Shown: piece after piece, positions 19,033 to 27,096 of the stretch
Layout: every line of letters begins with the position of its first letter
Position numbering within the stretch: the first letter of the stretch is position 1
Source: Bryobacterales bacterium
Lineage (GTDB): Bacteria; Acidobacteriota; Terriglobia; Bryobacterales; UBA6623
Direction of reading: 5' to 3'
NCBI GenBank assembly: GCA_965218555.1
Contig: OZ244625.1
Coordinates: 4,412,968-4,476,967 of the forward strand
Length of the DNA: 64,000 nt
The notes under the pieces: model-generated
What the model was told of the DNA's origin: nothing
Databases searched by the model: none
The model's input: only the letters and a program-made list of their open reading frames with translations
Translations under genes and position numbers: made by a program

Positions 19033-19206
19033 CTGCATATCTCACCAAGTGGCGATGCGAAGTGCGTGAGAGGGCCGTCAGGACGAGGCGCTAGCCGCTT
19101 GGCGCTCGCAGGTGTACTTGACCGTACATCGAGCACGGCAAGCCAGCGCAACGAAGTCATGGCGGTCGTATGGTGTGCTTCGGCCGTCAGGTGGTGAGAA
19201 ATGCAG
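19033..19206. repeat. Copy A of a ~175-nt intergenic element with complementary termini (MITE or structured RNA candidate)
   Basis: Aligns almost base-for-base with 22595..22769. The termini CTGCATATCTCACC / GGTGAGAAATGCAG are inverted complements. It lies between bamD and the receiver gene. Confidence 0.75.
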
Positions 19207-19220
19207 ACTAGTTGCAATGA

Positions 19221-19859
19221 GTGTGTTTCGTGAGCACGATCCTGTTGGCTGACGACAACCCCCATGCACGCCGTATGGGAAGTGAGATCTTGGGAGAAGA
19301 AGGTCACCAAGTCGTTACCGTCGAGAACGGCGACGAGGCGGTTGCCTATCTCAACTCTCATCGGCCGGACCTTGTTTTGGCGGACACGGAAATGCCCGGT
19401 GCGAGCGGCTACGAACTTTGTGGATTCGTTCGGTCGCAACCGGCGTTCGGGAACGTGAAAGTCGTGTTGCTGCATCCTCCGCTGGAACGATTCAACGAGC
19501 GTCTGGCAGCGAAAGTCGGCACGGATGGCATGTTGCAAAAGCCCCTGGACGCGGCGGCCCTTATCGACACCGTTTCGTCGTTGCTTGAGAACAACGGCGC
19601 TGCTGTGCCCTCAAAGGAGCAACCCGGATTGGAAAACTTGGCCACGGCCGGAATAAGCGAGCCTGCGGCAGGCGATTCGGAAGGCCGGACTGCCGATCCG
19701 TTTGCCGAGGCCGTCGAACAAGTGCTATCGGAGCCGAATTCTGAACGTGAGCTTCGTGACCGCGTTTATTCCGCTGTGGCGGAAGTGATGGAGGACGTCA
19801 TTCCGGCTTTGGTCGATCGGATCACCGAACGGATCCTCCAGACAATGCGCAAGGGATGA
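19221..19859 (+). CDS. Single-domain response regulator (CheY-like receiver) with acidic C-terminal tail
   Basis: 212-aa ORF starting at GTG 19221 or GTG 19230. ILLADDN, phospho-acceptor context LVLADTEMPG, and K in MLQKPLD. Confidence 0.8.
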   Translation: MCFVSTILLADDNPHARRMGSEILGEEGHQVVTVENGDEAVAYLNSHRPDLVLADTEMPGASGYELCGFVRSQPAFGNVKVVLLHPPLERFNERLAAKVGTDGMLQKPLDAAALIDTVSSLLENNGAAVPSKEQPGLENLATAGISEPAAGDSEGRTADPFAEAVEQVLSEPNSERELRDRVYSAVAEVMEDVIPALVDRITERILQTMRKG

Positions 19860-19878
19860 CAATCTCAGGGACGCAGCG

Positions 19879-20379
19879 ATGGCAATGAACAGCTTCGACA
19901 TTGTCTGCCACATCGACATCGAGGAGGTCAGCAACGCCGTCAATCAGACAATGAAGGAAGTACGGAATCGTTACGATTTGAAGAAGACCAAGAGCACGAT
20001 CGTAGTAGATCGGGCGAGCAGTAAGATCGTCGTCCGTAGTGACGACGATTTTACGGTCAAGCAAGTGCTCGACGTGTTGGACCAGAAGCTCGTTCGCCGG
20101 GGTGTTCCCCTCAAGGCTCTCACATACGGGCCGGTACGGGAAGCGGGCGGCTCGACGGTGATGCTGGAAATCGCCACGCAACAGGGCATTCCGATCGAGA
20201 AGGCGCGCGAGATGGTCAAGCTGATCAAGCAGCAGAAGCGCAAGGTGCAGTCCTCGATTCAGGGAGATCAGGTGCGGGTGAGCGGCAAGAAGCGGGACGA
20301 TTTGCAAGCTGTGATGGCGATGCTGAAGGAGAAAGACTTCGGAATCGACATGCAGTTCACGAATTACCGGAGCAATTAG
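19879..20379 (+). CDS. yajQ: YajQ-family nucleotide/c-di-GMP-binding protein (UPF0234)
   Basis: 166-aa ORF. SFDIVCHIDIEEVSNAVNQTMKEVRNRYDLK matches the YajQ N-terminus. Confidence 0.85.
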   Translation: MAMNSFDIVCHIDIEEVSNAVNQTMKEVRNRYDLKKTKSTIVVDRASSKIVVRSDDDFTVKQVLDVLDQKLVRRGVPLKALTYGPVREAGGSTVMLEIATQQGIPIEKAREMVKLIKQQKRKVQSSIQGDQVRVSGKKRDDLQAVMAMLKEKDFGIDMQFTNYRSN

Positions 20380-20411
20380 CTCATTCCAGAGTTCTTCCGC
20401 AGGGAAGCCGC

Positions 20412-21062
20412 ATGGCGCGATTGGTGAAATCCACGTTCATCCAGGGACCCGTGGGCCGTCTTGAGGCGCTCCAAGAGGAGCCGGACGAGGGCACGCGCCT
20501 TGATCGGGCTGTCGTCGTGTGTCATCCCCACCCGCTGTACGGTGGTACGCTCCACAACAAAGTGGTCTTCCGGTTGGCGCGGGCGGCCCGGCGGGCTCAC
20601 TCGGCGGTGCTGCGATTCAACTTTCGGGGCGTCGGGCAAAGCGCCGGCTCCTACGACGAAGGCGAAGGAGAGCAGGATGACCTGCGTGCGGCATTGGCCT
20701 ACATGAATGACTGTTACCTCGGGTTGCCGTTGGTTGTCGCTGGATTCTCTTTTGGGGCGAGGGTGGCGCTGCGACTGGCTTGCCGCGATGCTCGGATCGA
20801 GCGGATCGTGGCCGCGGGCACACCGGTCGTGAAACACGATTGGACCTATCTGGCTCAATGCGGCTGCACGCAGATCTTCTTGCACAGCACGAACGACGAG
20901 TATGGATCAAGAGAGAGGATGAAGAGTGTCTTCGCTACGGCGTCGGAGCCCAAGCGAATCAACTGGATCGAGTCAATCGATCATTTTTTCAGCGACAATC
21001 TCGATGGCTTTGAAGAGGCGGCGTATGAGGCGATTTGGACGCCCGTCGCGACCTCAACGTGA
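20412..21062 (+). CDS. Alpha/beta hydrolase
   Basis: 216-aa ORF. HPHPLYGGTLHNKVV and nucleophile elbow GFSFG. Confidence 0.7.
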   Translation: MARLVKSTFIQGPVGRLEALQEEPDEGTRLDRAVVVCHPHPLYGGTLHNKVVFRLARAARRAHSAVLRFNFRGVGQSAGSYDEGEGEQDDLRAALAYMNDCYLGLPLVVAGFSFGARVALRLACRDARIERIVAAGTPVVKHDWTYLAQCGCTQIFLHSTNDEYGSRERMKSVFATASEPKRINWIESIDHFFSDNLDGFEEAAYEAIWTPVATST

Positions 21063-21239
21063 ACCTGACGAGCGGGCAGCATGCGCTCTGGTGACAATCA
21101 GTCTTTTTTTGCGCAGGGGCTCTTGGTGGGTGGTTGATGTCGCGGTGGCAAAAAAGTGACAGCCACGGAAGAGAGGCCATGATGCCGTCTCGGGAATGAC
21201 TGTCCAAATACGACTGCTGATCTCTTGCGCTGGTTTCGG

Positions 21240-22511
21240 CTAGCGTTTTCGTATGTCTTCTGGCTCGTCTTCCCAATCGCCTTCCGCTGCGGCGTGTGGT
21301 TGAACGCGGACATGGGTTGCACGGCCCGCTTGCACTTCGACGACTTCCGCATCGGCCCCCTCAAACTTGACGGCATCGCCGACCTTGAGTAGGCGGCCCA
21401 ATTTGCTGACGAGCAGCCCCGAGACCGTATCGGCCTTGGAGTCGTCAAAGTCGAGCTTGAGCTCGCGGTTGATGCGCTCGATGGGCAATTGACCCGCAAC
21501 GAGATAGCGCCCTTCGCCCTCCGGGACGATCTCGGGCATTTCAGTGTCGAACTCATCCTGCACGGCGCCGACGATCTGCTCCAGCACGTTTTCGAGTGTG
21601 ACGATTCCTACTGCGGTTCCGAACTCATCGATCACGGTGGCCATGTGCTGGTGAGTGCTCTGCATCTGCCGCAGCAGGCGGCTGATGGGCATGGTTTCCG
21701 GGACGGTTCGCAGTGGCCGCACGACGCTGTCAACTTGGAACGGTTGGTCCTGGGGAACGCCCAGTAGATCCTTGATGTGCACCAGGCCGAGAGAGTCATC
21801 GAGGTTGCCTTCGCACAACGGATAACGCGTGTGTTTCGTCCGCTGGGCTATTTCTATGCAACGAGATAGTTGCCATGTGCGGTCGAAGATGACGACCTCG
21901 CGGCGCGGCACCATGATTTGCCGCACGACGAGCTCGTCGAAATGGAACACGGCGCTCAGAAGTTGCAGTTCAGCAGGTGTGATCTCGCCGGACCTGCCGC
22001 CCACCTGGATCATGGCCTGGATTTCGTCCTCGGTCACGGAGGGGGTTGATGTCCTCGCGGTGAAGATTTTCGCGAAACCTTGCGTCACCTTGATGATGGG
22101 GTAAAGCCCCTGCTGCATCAGCGTCACCGGCCACACGATGAGGTGCCAAACGCCTTTCCAATGGACGGCGCCGTAGGTCTTGGGCAGGATCTCCCCGAGA
22201 AACAGGATCGCGACTGTCAGCAACGCCGAGAAGGCAGGCACCCATGCTGCCCCGAACACGGTGGTGGCATACATGCCCGCGATTGTGGCCCCCGCGGTGT
22301 TGGCGATCGTATTGAGGATGAGGATGGCGGAAGTCGGCCTCGCGATGTCCTTCTTCATGTCGATGAAGCGCGTCGCAAGCCGGCGGTGCTTCCCGACGGT
22401 TCGTGCCGACTCGAGCGCGGCCATGCGGGTCGAGTAGAGCGTCGACTCGAAGAGGGAACACATGCCCGAGATAATGACGGTCAGCGCCGCCACCAAGAGA
22501 AGGATGGTCAT
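21240..22511 (-). CDS. CNNM/TlyC/CorC-family transporter (DUF21-CBS pair-CorC_HlyC)
   Basis: 423-aa ORF. DUF21 membrane part (LFLGEILPKTYG), CBS region (MVPRREVV...) and a CorC_HlyC C-terminus. Confidence 0.85.
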   Translation of the reverse strand: MTILLLVAALTVIISGMCSLFESTLYSTRMAALESARTVGKHRRLATRFIDMKKDIARPTSAILILNTIANTAGATIAGMYATTVFGAAWVPAFSALLTVAILFLGEILPKTYGAVHWKGVWHLIVWPVTLMQQGLYPIIKVTQGFAKIFTARTSTPSVTEDEIQAMIQVGGRSGEITPAELQLLSAVFHFDELVVRQIMVPRREVVIFDRTWQLSRCIEIAQRTKHTRYPLCEGNLDDSLGLVHIKDLLGVPQDQPFQVDSVVRPLRTVPETMPISRLLRQMQSTHQHMATVIDEFGTAVGIVTLENVLEQIVGAVQDEFDTEMPEIVPEGEGRYLVAGQLPIERINRELKLDFDDSKADTVSGLLVSKLGRLLKVGDAVKFEGADAEVVEVQAGRATHVRVQPHAAAEGDWEDEPEDIRKR

Positions 22512-22594
22512 TCTAAGGTCTCCTTATGCGGAGTGCTGAAGGGTTGTGCACGCGCTTAAAGCCGCCCGCGTGACTTTCACCACGGGCTGCTGAC

Positions 22595-22769
22595 CTGCAT
22601 ATCTCCCCACGTGGGGAGGCGAAGTGCGTGAGAGGGCCGGCAGGGCGAGGCGCGAGCCGCTGGGCGCGCGCAGGTGTACTTGACCCTACATCGAGCACGG
22701 CAAGCAAGAGCAACGAAGTCATGGCGGTCTTATCGCCTGGTTTCGACCGTCAGGTGGTGGGATATGCAG
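22595..22769. repeat. Copy B of the ~175-nt element
   Basis: Same orientation as copy A. The extended inverted termini TGACCTGCATATC / GATATGCAGGTCA (22591..22773) include the TGA stop of the channel gene (22771-22773). Confidence 0.75.
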
Positions 22770-22770
22770 G

Positions 22771-23844
22771 TCAGGGTGTCTCGCCAAACCACTTTTCGTA
22801 GAGTCTGCGGTAGGTTCCATTCTCTTGCAGATCAAGGAGGGCACGGTTGACCTCCTCGCGTAGAGGGCTTCCGTTCGGGAACGCCATTCCGTACGACTCG
22901 GTATTGAGCAGCGGCCCGACCAAAGCAACCTGGCTTTCAGTGTTTTCTTTCACGTATTGAAAGAGCGGCGGTGCATCGAAGACGATGGCGGCCACTTCTC
23001 CCGCCTCGAGAAGGTCATAGGCATCCTCGATTTCTTGGACTTCGACGAGGTGGGCCCCGAAACCGCGAATCACATCCGTGCTGGTGGAACCGGCCACCGT
23101 CGCCACACGACACCGGCGCAGGTCTTCGGGCCCGCTGATGTCGGAACTGAGTTGCGCGAGCGTGAGGCCCGCTGACAGCTCTGCGATGATGATCCCGAAC
23201 AGCGCGATGCCGGTGACCATGACTAGGAGTGCGACGAATCGCCCGATCCAGCGCTGAGGCGTGATGTCGCCGTAGCCGACGGTCGTCACCGTAGCAAGGA
23301 TGCACCAAGCGGCCTCGAAGATGCCCGGGAAGTAACCTCGGCTGATCGATTTGCTGCCTCGCTCGGCAAAGAACAGAATGTGGGAACAGATGAGCATGAA
23401 GCCAAGCAGGTAGCCGAGGGGCTTCACGATGCCGGACTCGGTCACTCCCCGCAGCAGGCGGGAAAGGCTCGACTCTTCGTTATTGACGCCCGCCAGAATA
23501 CGCAAGCCCGAACGCATGTAGGGATGGCTGAAATCCATCTCGCGTTCTCGTTGCCCGTTGATGGTGATGCCTGCGATCGCAGCGTCCACTTCTCCTTCCT
23601 TCACGGCTTTCAGTAATTGCTCGAAGGGAAGCAGCTTGAAGTTGCTCTCGATTTCAGCGACGCGGCGAACTTCTTCCCAGAGTTCGATGTCGAAACCGGT
23701 GTAGGAATCCTGTCCGGCGCCACCCTCCATCACGTTGGGGGGGAACAGGGCTATTCCAACAGTTGTTTCGGAATCTGCGCCGGAGAGCGGTGTCGTGGAT
23801 ACAGCGAAAAGGAAGAGCCCAAGCAGCCACGGGGGCTGTCGCAT
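22771..23844 (-). CDS. GluR0-type ligand-gated K+ channel (periplasmic-binding-protein lobes split by a P-loop pore)
   Basis: The track ORF reaches 24309. I trimmed it to ATG 23844 (MRQPPWLLGLFLFAV, signal). S1 lobe (FDIELWEEV...DAAIAGITING), M1-P-M2 with selectivity filter TVGYGD, then the S2 lobe (YGMAFPNGSPLREEVNRALLDLQENG). Confidence 0.8.
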   Translation of the reverse strand: MRQPPWLLGLFLFAVSTTPLSGADSETTVGIALFPPNVMEGGAGQDSYTGFDIELWEEVRRVAEIESNFKLLPFEQLLKAVKEGEVDAAIAGITINGQREREMDFSHPYMRSGLRILAGVNNEESSLSRLLRGVTESGIVKPLGYLLGFMLICSHILFFAERGSKSISRGYFPGIFEAAWCILATVTTVGYGDITPQRWIGRFVALLVMVTGIALFGIIIAELSAGLTLAQLSSDISGPEDLRRCRVATVAGSTSTDVIRGFGAHLVEVQEIEDAYDLLEAGEVAAIVFDAPPLFQYVKENTESQVALVGPLLNTESYGMAFPNGSPLREEVNRALLDLQENGTYRRLYEKWFGETP

Positions 23845-24161
23845 GAAAGGGATTGTAGCAAGCCCATCGGCGACACCGGAATGAAGTCGCCCAGTGTCGA
23901 TGAGGAAGAGCTGAGGCTGAGCACGGTGCGAAATTCTTTCATGGGTGTGCATATGGTTCATACCGCCGTCACCTACTCTCATGCTGGCCGTTCGCCCGGA
24001 CGAAAGAGCTGAAAGTACTGAATTCCAAGGGGTTGCGGGTTCCTGTCCAGGACACGGGAAAGGTTTGGAACCCTTATTGCACTGGCTATGGAAAGGATGC
24101 GATTGAGCGTAGCCGCCATCAGCGCCAATCGAACCGACACCGTTACCCAAAGGAGAGCCTG

Positions 24162-25046
24162 ATGAGCATAACGACAACCCAACCTCAACCCGAGAAGAAA
24201 TCCACTTCCGGGCAGATGATCGCATTGGCGCTTGTAATCGTGTTCGCCGCAGCGACGAATGTCTATCTTTTTTCGCGTATGAAGAGCCTGGAAGTCGAAG
24301 CGCACACATTGCGGACGCAGATCGAGACGGAGATCACCAAGGTGCACGAGTCTTCCGCCTATCGCAACGTTCAGGCGCGGCGCGAGTTTGAAGACTTGCG
24401 CGAGGAGGTCAAGAAGACCCGATCGCAGATCACCAAGCAGACCGACGCGAACACACGGGCGCGCGCCCGGCGGCTTGCCGACAACGTTGCCAAGAAACAG
24501 CGCGAGCAACAGGAAATGTTGCTGGGCGAAATCCGAGTGGTCTCCGGCAAGGCTGGTGAGGTCCAACAGGGCGTCGACGAAGTGCGCACCGACGTCCAGG
24601 CGATGCAGTCCGACGCCGAAAAGACGCGCGTGCAACTCAATGAGACAGGGGCGATGCTCCGCTCCACGCACAATCATGTTATGGATCTCGATGGGCAGGT
24701 GAGCGGCAATGCCGCCGGCATCGAGAATCTCCGCAAACTGGGCGAGCGTGAGCGGATCGGCTTCGCCCTCAAGAAGACGGACCGCATGCAGCGGGTCGGC
24801 GGGATCTATCTGCGCCTGAAGAACACCAGCCCCAAAAACAATCGCTTCACGCTCGAAGTGATGGCCGACGACAAGAAGGTCGAGCAGAGGAAAAAGCATA
24901 TCCACGAGGCGATGCGCTTCTATCTGCCGGACTCGGCGCAGCCGTATGACATCGTGATCACAGCGGTCCGCAAGGACCAAGTGAATGGTTACGTGAGCAG
25001 GCCGAAACTGCACGCCAACCGCATTGCCGCGATGGCGTCACGCTAA
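24162..25046 (+). CDS. Membrane-anchored coiled-coil protein, unknown function
   Basis: Trimmed to ATG 24162, preceded by AAGGAGAG. One TM helix (MIALALVIVFAAATNVYLF), a ~170-aa heptad-like K/E/Q-rich region and a beta-rich C-terminal ~90 aa. The antisense 344-aa ORF looks like GC-rich antisense noise. Confidence 0.6.
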   Translation: MSITTTQPQPEKKSTSGQMIALALVIVFAAATNVYLFSRMKSLEVEAHTLRTQIETEITKVHESSAYRNVQARREFEDLREEVKKTRSQITKQTDANTRARARRLADNVAKKQREQQEMLLGEIRVVSGKAGEVQQGVDEVRTDVQAMQSDAEKTRVQLNETGAMLRSTHNHVMDLDGQVSGNAAGIENLRKLGERERIGFALKKTDRMQRVGGIYLRLKNTSPKNNRFTLEVMADDKKVEQRKKHIHEAMRFYLPDSAQPYDIVITAVRKDQVNGYVSRPKLHANRIAAMASR

Positions 25047-25061
25047 GTCGAACGTGAGTGC

Positions 25062-25086
25062 CGGCCCCGCTGACGAGGCGGGGCCG
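25062..25086 (+). terminator. Stem-loop terminator of the 24162..25046 gene; also the target motif of the group IIC intron
   Basis: CGGCCCCGC-tgacgag-GCGGGGCCG: a perfect 9-bp GC stem 16 nt after the stop codon, followed by TAATGTTG. Confidence 0.6.
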
Positions 25087-25094
25087 TAATGTTG

Positions 25095-26970
25095 GTGTGC
25101 CGAGCATGGTCGACAGCTTGGAGGTGCAAGTCCTCTATCCAGCCCGATGGCGGCGAAGGATTAGCGAAGCGCAAGGGCGTCGTCGTGAGGCGGGGTCTGA
25201 AGGAAGCGTGGAGCAAAGCTGCGACCCGATGGACAAGAACCGGATAGGAGGCCTACCCGGCCGGACGAGCGAGCCAATGATCGCGAAGTCCATAGCCATC
25301 AAGGGCCGGGGTGGTAAATCCGGCGGGTGCGCGGTGAAGGCGGTCGGTCTTACCTCGGGAGGTCTGCGTCGTGTCCGGAACCCCCGGACTGAGCGGGACC
25401 GCAAGGCCCGTGATCGCGGCGCAGAAGTCAGCAGAGGGAATAGTAGTCGGTTCGCCGATGAAGGCCCGAACGATGGACAGGGTTAGAAGGACGGTACGCT
25501 CATGCGGGCCAAGCGGCGGAACATCCAGTTGGAACTGGTCTTGGAGCCGGAGGCGAAGGGTGAAGCCCGGAGCGCCGGAGCCCAAGGGACCGAAGCCCGC
25601 AGGGCGCGTGCCGGACCCGAACGCCCGGCGGCTGAGCAGGGACCGTCGATGGAGACGGTCGTCGAGCCCGGCAATCTGAAGAAGGCGCTGGCGCGTGTCC
25701 GGCGCAACAAGGGGGCGCCCGGCATCGACGGCATGAGCGTCGATGATTTGGGCGATCACCTGAAGGACCACTGGACCGAGATCAGGACCCGGCTTCTTGA
25801 CGGCAGCTACACACCGCAGCCGGTACGGCGCGTGGAGATACCGAAGGCGTCGGGCGGCGTTCGTCCGCTCGGCGTGCCCACGGTGCTCGACCGCTTCATC
25901 CAGCAAGCGGTGATGCAGGTGTTACAGGGGGACTGGGACCGCAGTTTCTCGGATGCGAGTTACGGGTTCCGGCCCGGACGCTCGGCCCATCAGGCGGTGG
26001 AGCGCGCACAGGACCACTCCGAGCGGGCTTCCCCATCGTGGTCGATCTCGATCTGGAGAAATTCTTCGACCGGGTCAATCACGACATCCTGATGGGTCTG
26101 GTGGTCAAGCGGGTGGCAGACAAACGCCTGCTCAGGCTGATCCGTGGCTTTCTGACCGCGGGCGTGCTGGAGGGTGGGCTGGTCGGCCCGACCACCAAGG
26201 GGACGCCGCAGGGTGGGCCGCTCTCGCCCTTGCTGTCGAATCTGATGCTGGATGTGCTGGACAAGGAACTGGAGAAGCGCTGCCATCGCTTTGTCCGCTA
26301 TGCCGACGACTGCAATATCTATGTGCGGTCGCGGCGGGCGGACGAGCGGGTCATGGCGAGCGTGACCCGCTTCCTCGTCCGGCGGCTGAAGCTGACGGTG
26401 AACGCAGACAAGAGCGCGGTGGACCGTCCGGCGGTGCGGGCCTTCCTGGGCTTCAGCTTCATAGCCGGACCGACAGCCAAGCGGCGCATTGCGCCGCAGG
26501 CGCTCGCCCGGCTCAAGGCTCGGGTCCGGGAACTGACGCGCTGCACGAAGAGCGTCAGCCTCACCCATCTCGTCACGGAACTGTCCCGTTACCTTGTCGG
26601 GTGGCGGGGATACTTTGGTTTCTGCGAGACCCCCTCGGTACTGCGCAGCATCGAGCAGTGGATCAGGCGGCGGCTCCGTGCCGTCGTCTGGCGGCAGTGG
26701 AAGCGTGGGCGTACCCGCTTTGCGGCATTGCGTCGCCTCGGCGTCGGCAAGGGCTTGGCGGCCCAAACCGCCGGGACCTCTTGCGGCCCGTGGCGGATCA
26801 GCAATAGTCCCGCGCTCGCCATCGCCCTATCCAACGCCTTCTTCGCGCGGCTCGGCCTCGTCTCTCTCGAAGCCCGTGCAGACGCTTAAATCCATCGAAC
26901 TGCCGTGTACGGACCCTTATGCACGGTGGTGTGGGAGGGGCGGAGCCGCGAGGCTCCCCCCTATCCCGAT
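25095..26970 (+). mobile_element. Group II intron, bacterial class C (IIC), full-length RNA
   Basis: The 5' end GTGTGCCGAGCATGG..., CTGAAGGAAGCG and GAAGTCAGCAGA closely parallel the Oceanobacillus iheyensis IIC intron as I remember it. Domain V is at about 26901-26928 and aligns position-for-position with that intron. Domain VI hairpin (26933-26967) has a GCGA loop and a bulged A at 26963, 7 nt before a terminal AT at 26969-26970. The RT/maturase ORF lies in domain IV. Confidence 0.85.
25502..26889 (+). pseudogene. Group II intron reverse transcriptase/maturase, interrupted by a frameshift near 26011-26030
   Basis: Two track ORFs (25502..26092 and 26038..26889) together give RT domains 0-7 (GAPGIDGMS, RRVEIPKASGGVRPLGVPTVLDRFIQQA, TPQGGPLSPLLSN, RYADDCNIY) plus the X/maturase region (YLVGWRGYFGF). 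The reading frame switches within ...AVERAQDH / LRAGFPIVVDLDLEKFFD. No endonuclease domain. Confidence 0.85.
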
Positions 26971-27096
26971 TGCGGTCCCGGTAGAGGTCTTTACGGTTTA
27001 CACGAGATAAGCCCCGGCAGGGCATCGGCAGCGAGGGTAGTCGGTGAGAGCCGCTCCGTGAACTGCTGCTTTGTCGGGGTTTTGACCTTTGTTAGT

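Noticed and set aside
22513-22722. Small minus-strand ORF shared by both copies of the 175-nt element (MTSL..LAVLDV.SSTPA...GPLTHFASP.GEICR)
   Set aside because: Every nucleotide difference between the two copies in the conserved core is non-synonymous, and the ORF ends differ. This is not the pattern of a conserved peptide, so I treated it as a by-product of the repeat.
23979-25013. 344-aa minus-strand ORF competing with the 24162..25046 gene
   Set aside because: The plus-strand frame has an AAGGAGAG RBS, a TM helix, coiled-coil composition and G/C-rich third positions. The minus frame is Leu/Arg/His/Asp-rich and lacks any start context.
27035-27080. AGAGCCGCTCCGTGAAC...GGGGTTTT, considered as group II intron domain V
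   Set aside because: Only the basal 6 bp can pair, and there is no upper helix or tetraloop. The real domain V/VI pair lies at 26897-26970, leaving this stretch as 3' exon/intergenic sequence.
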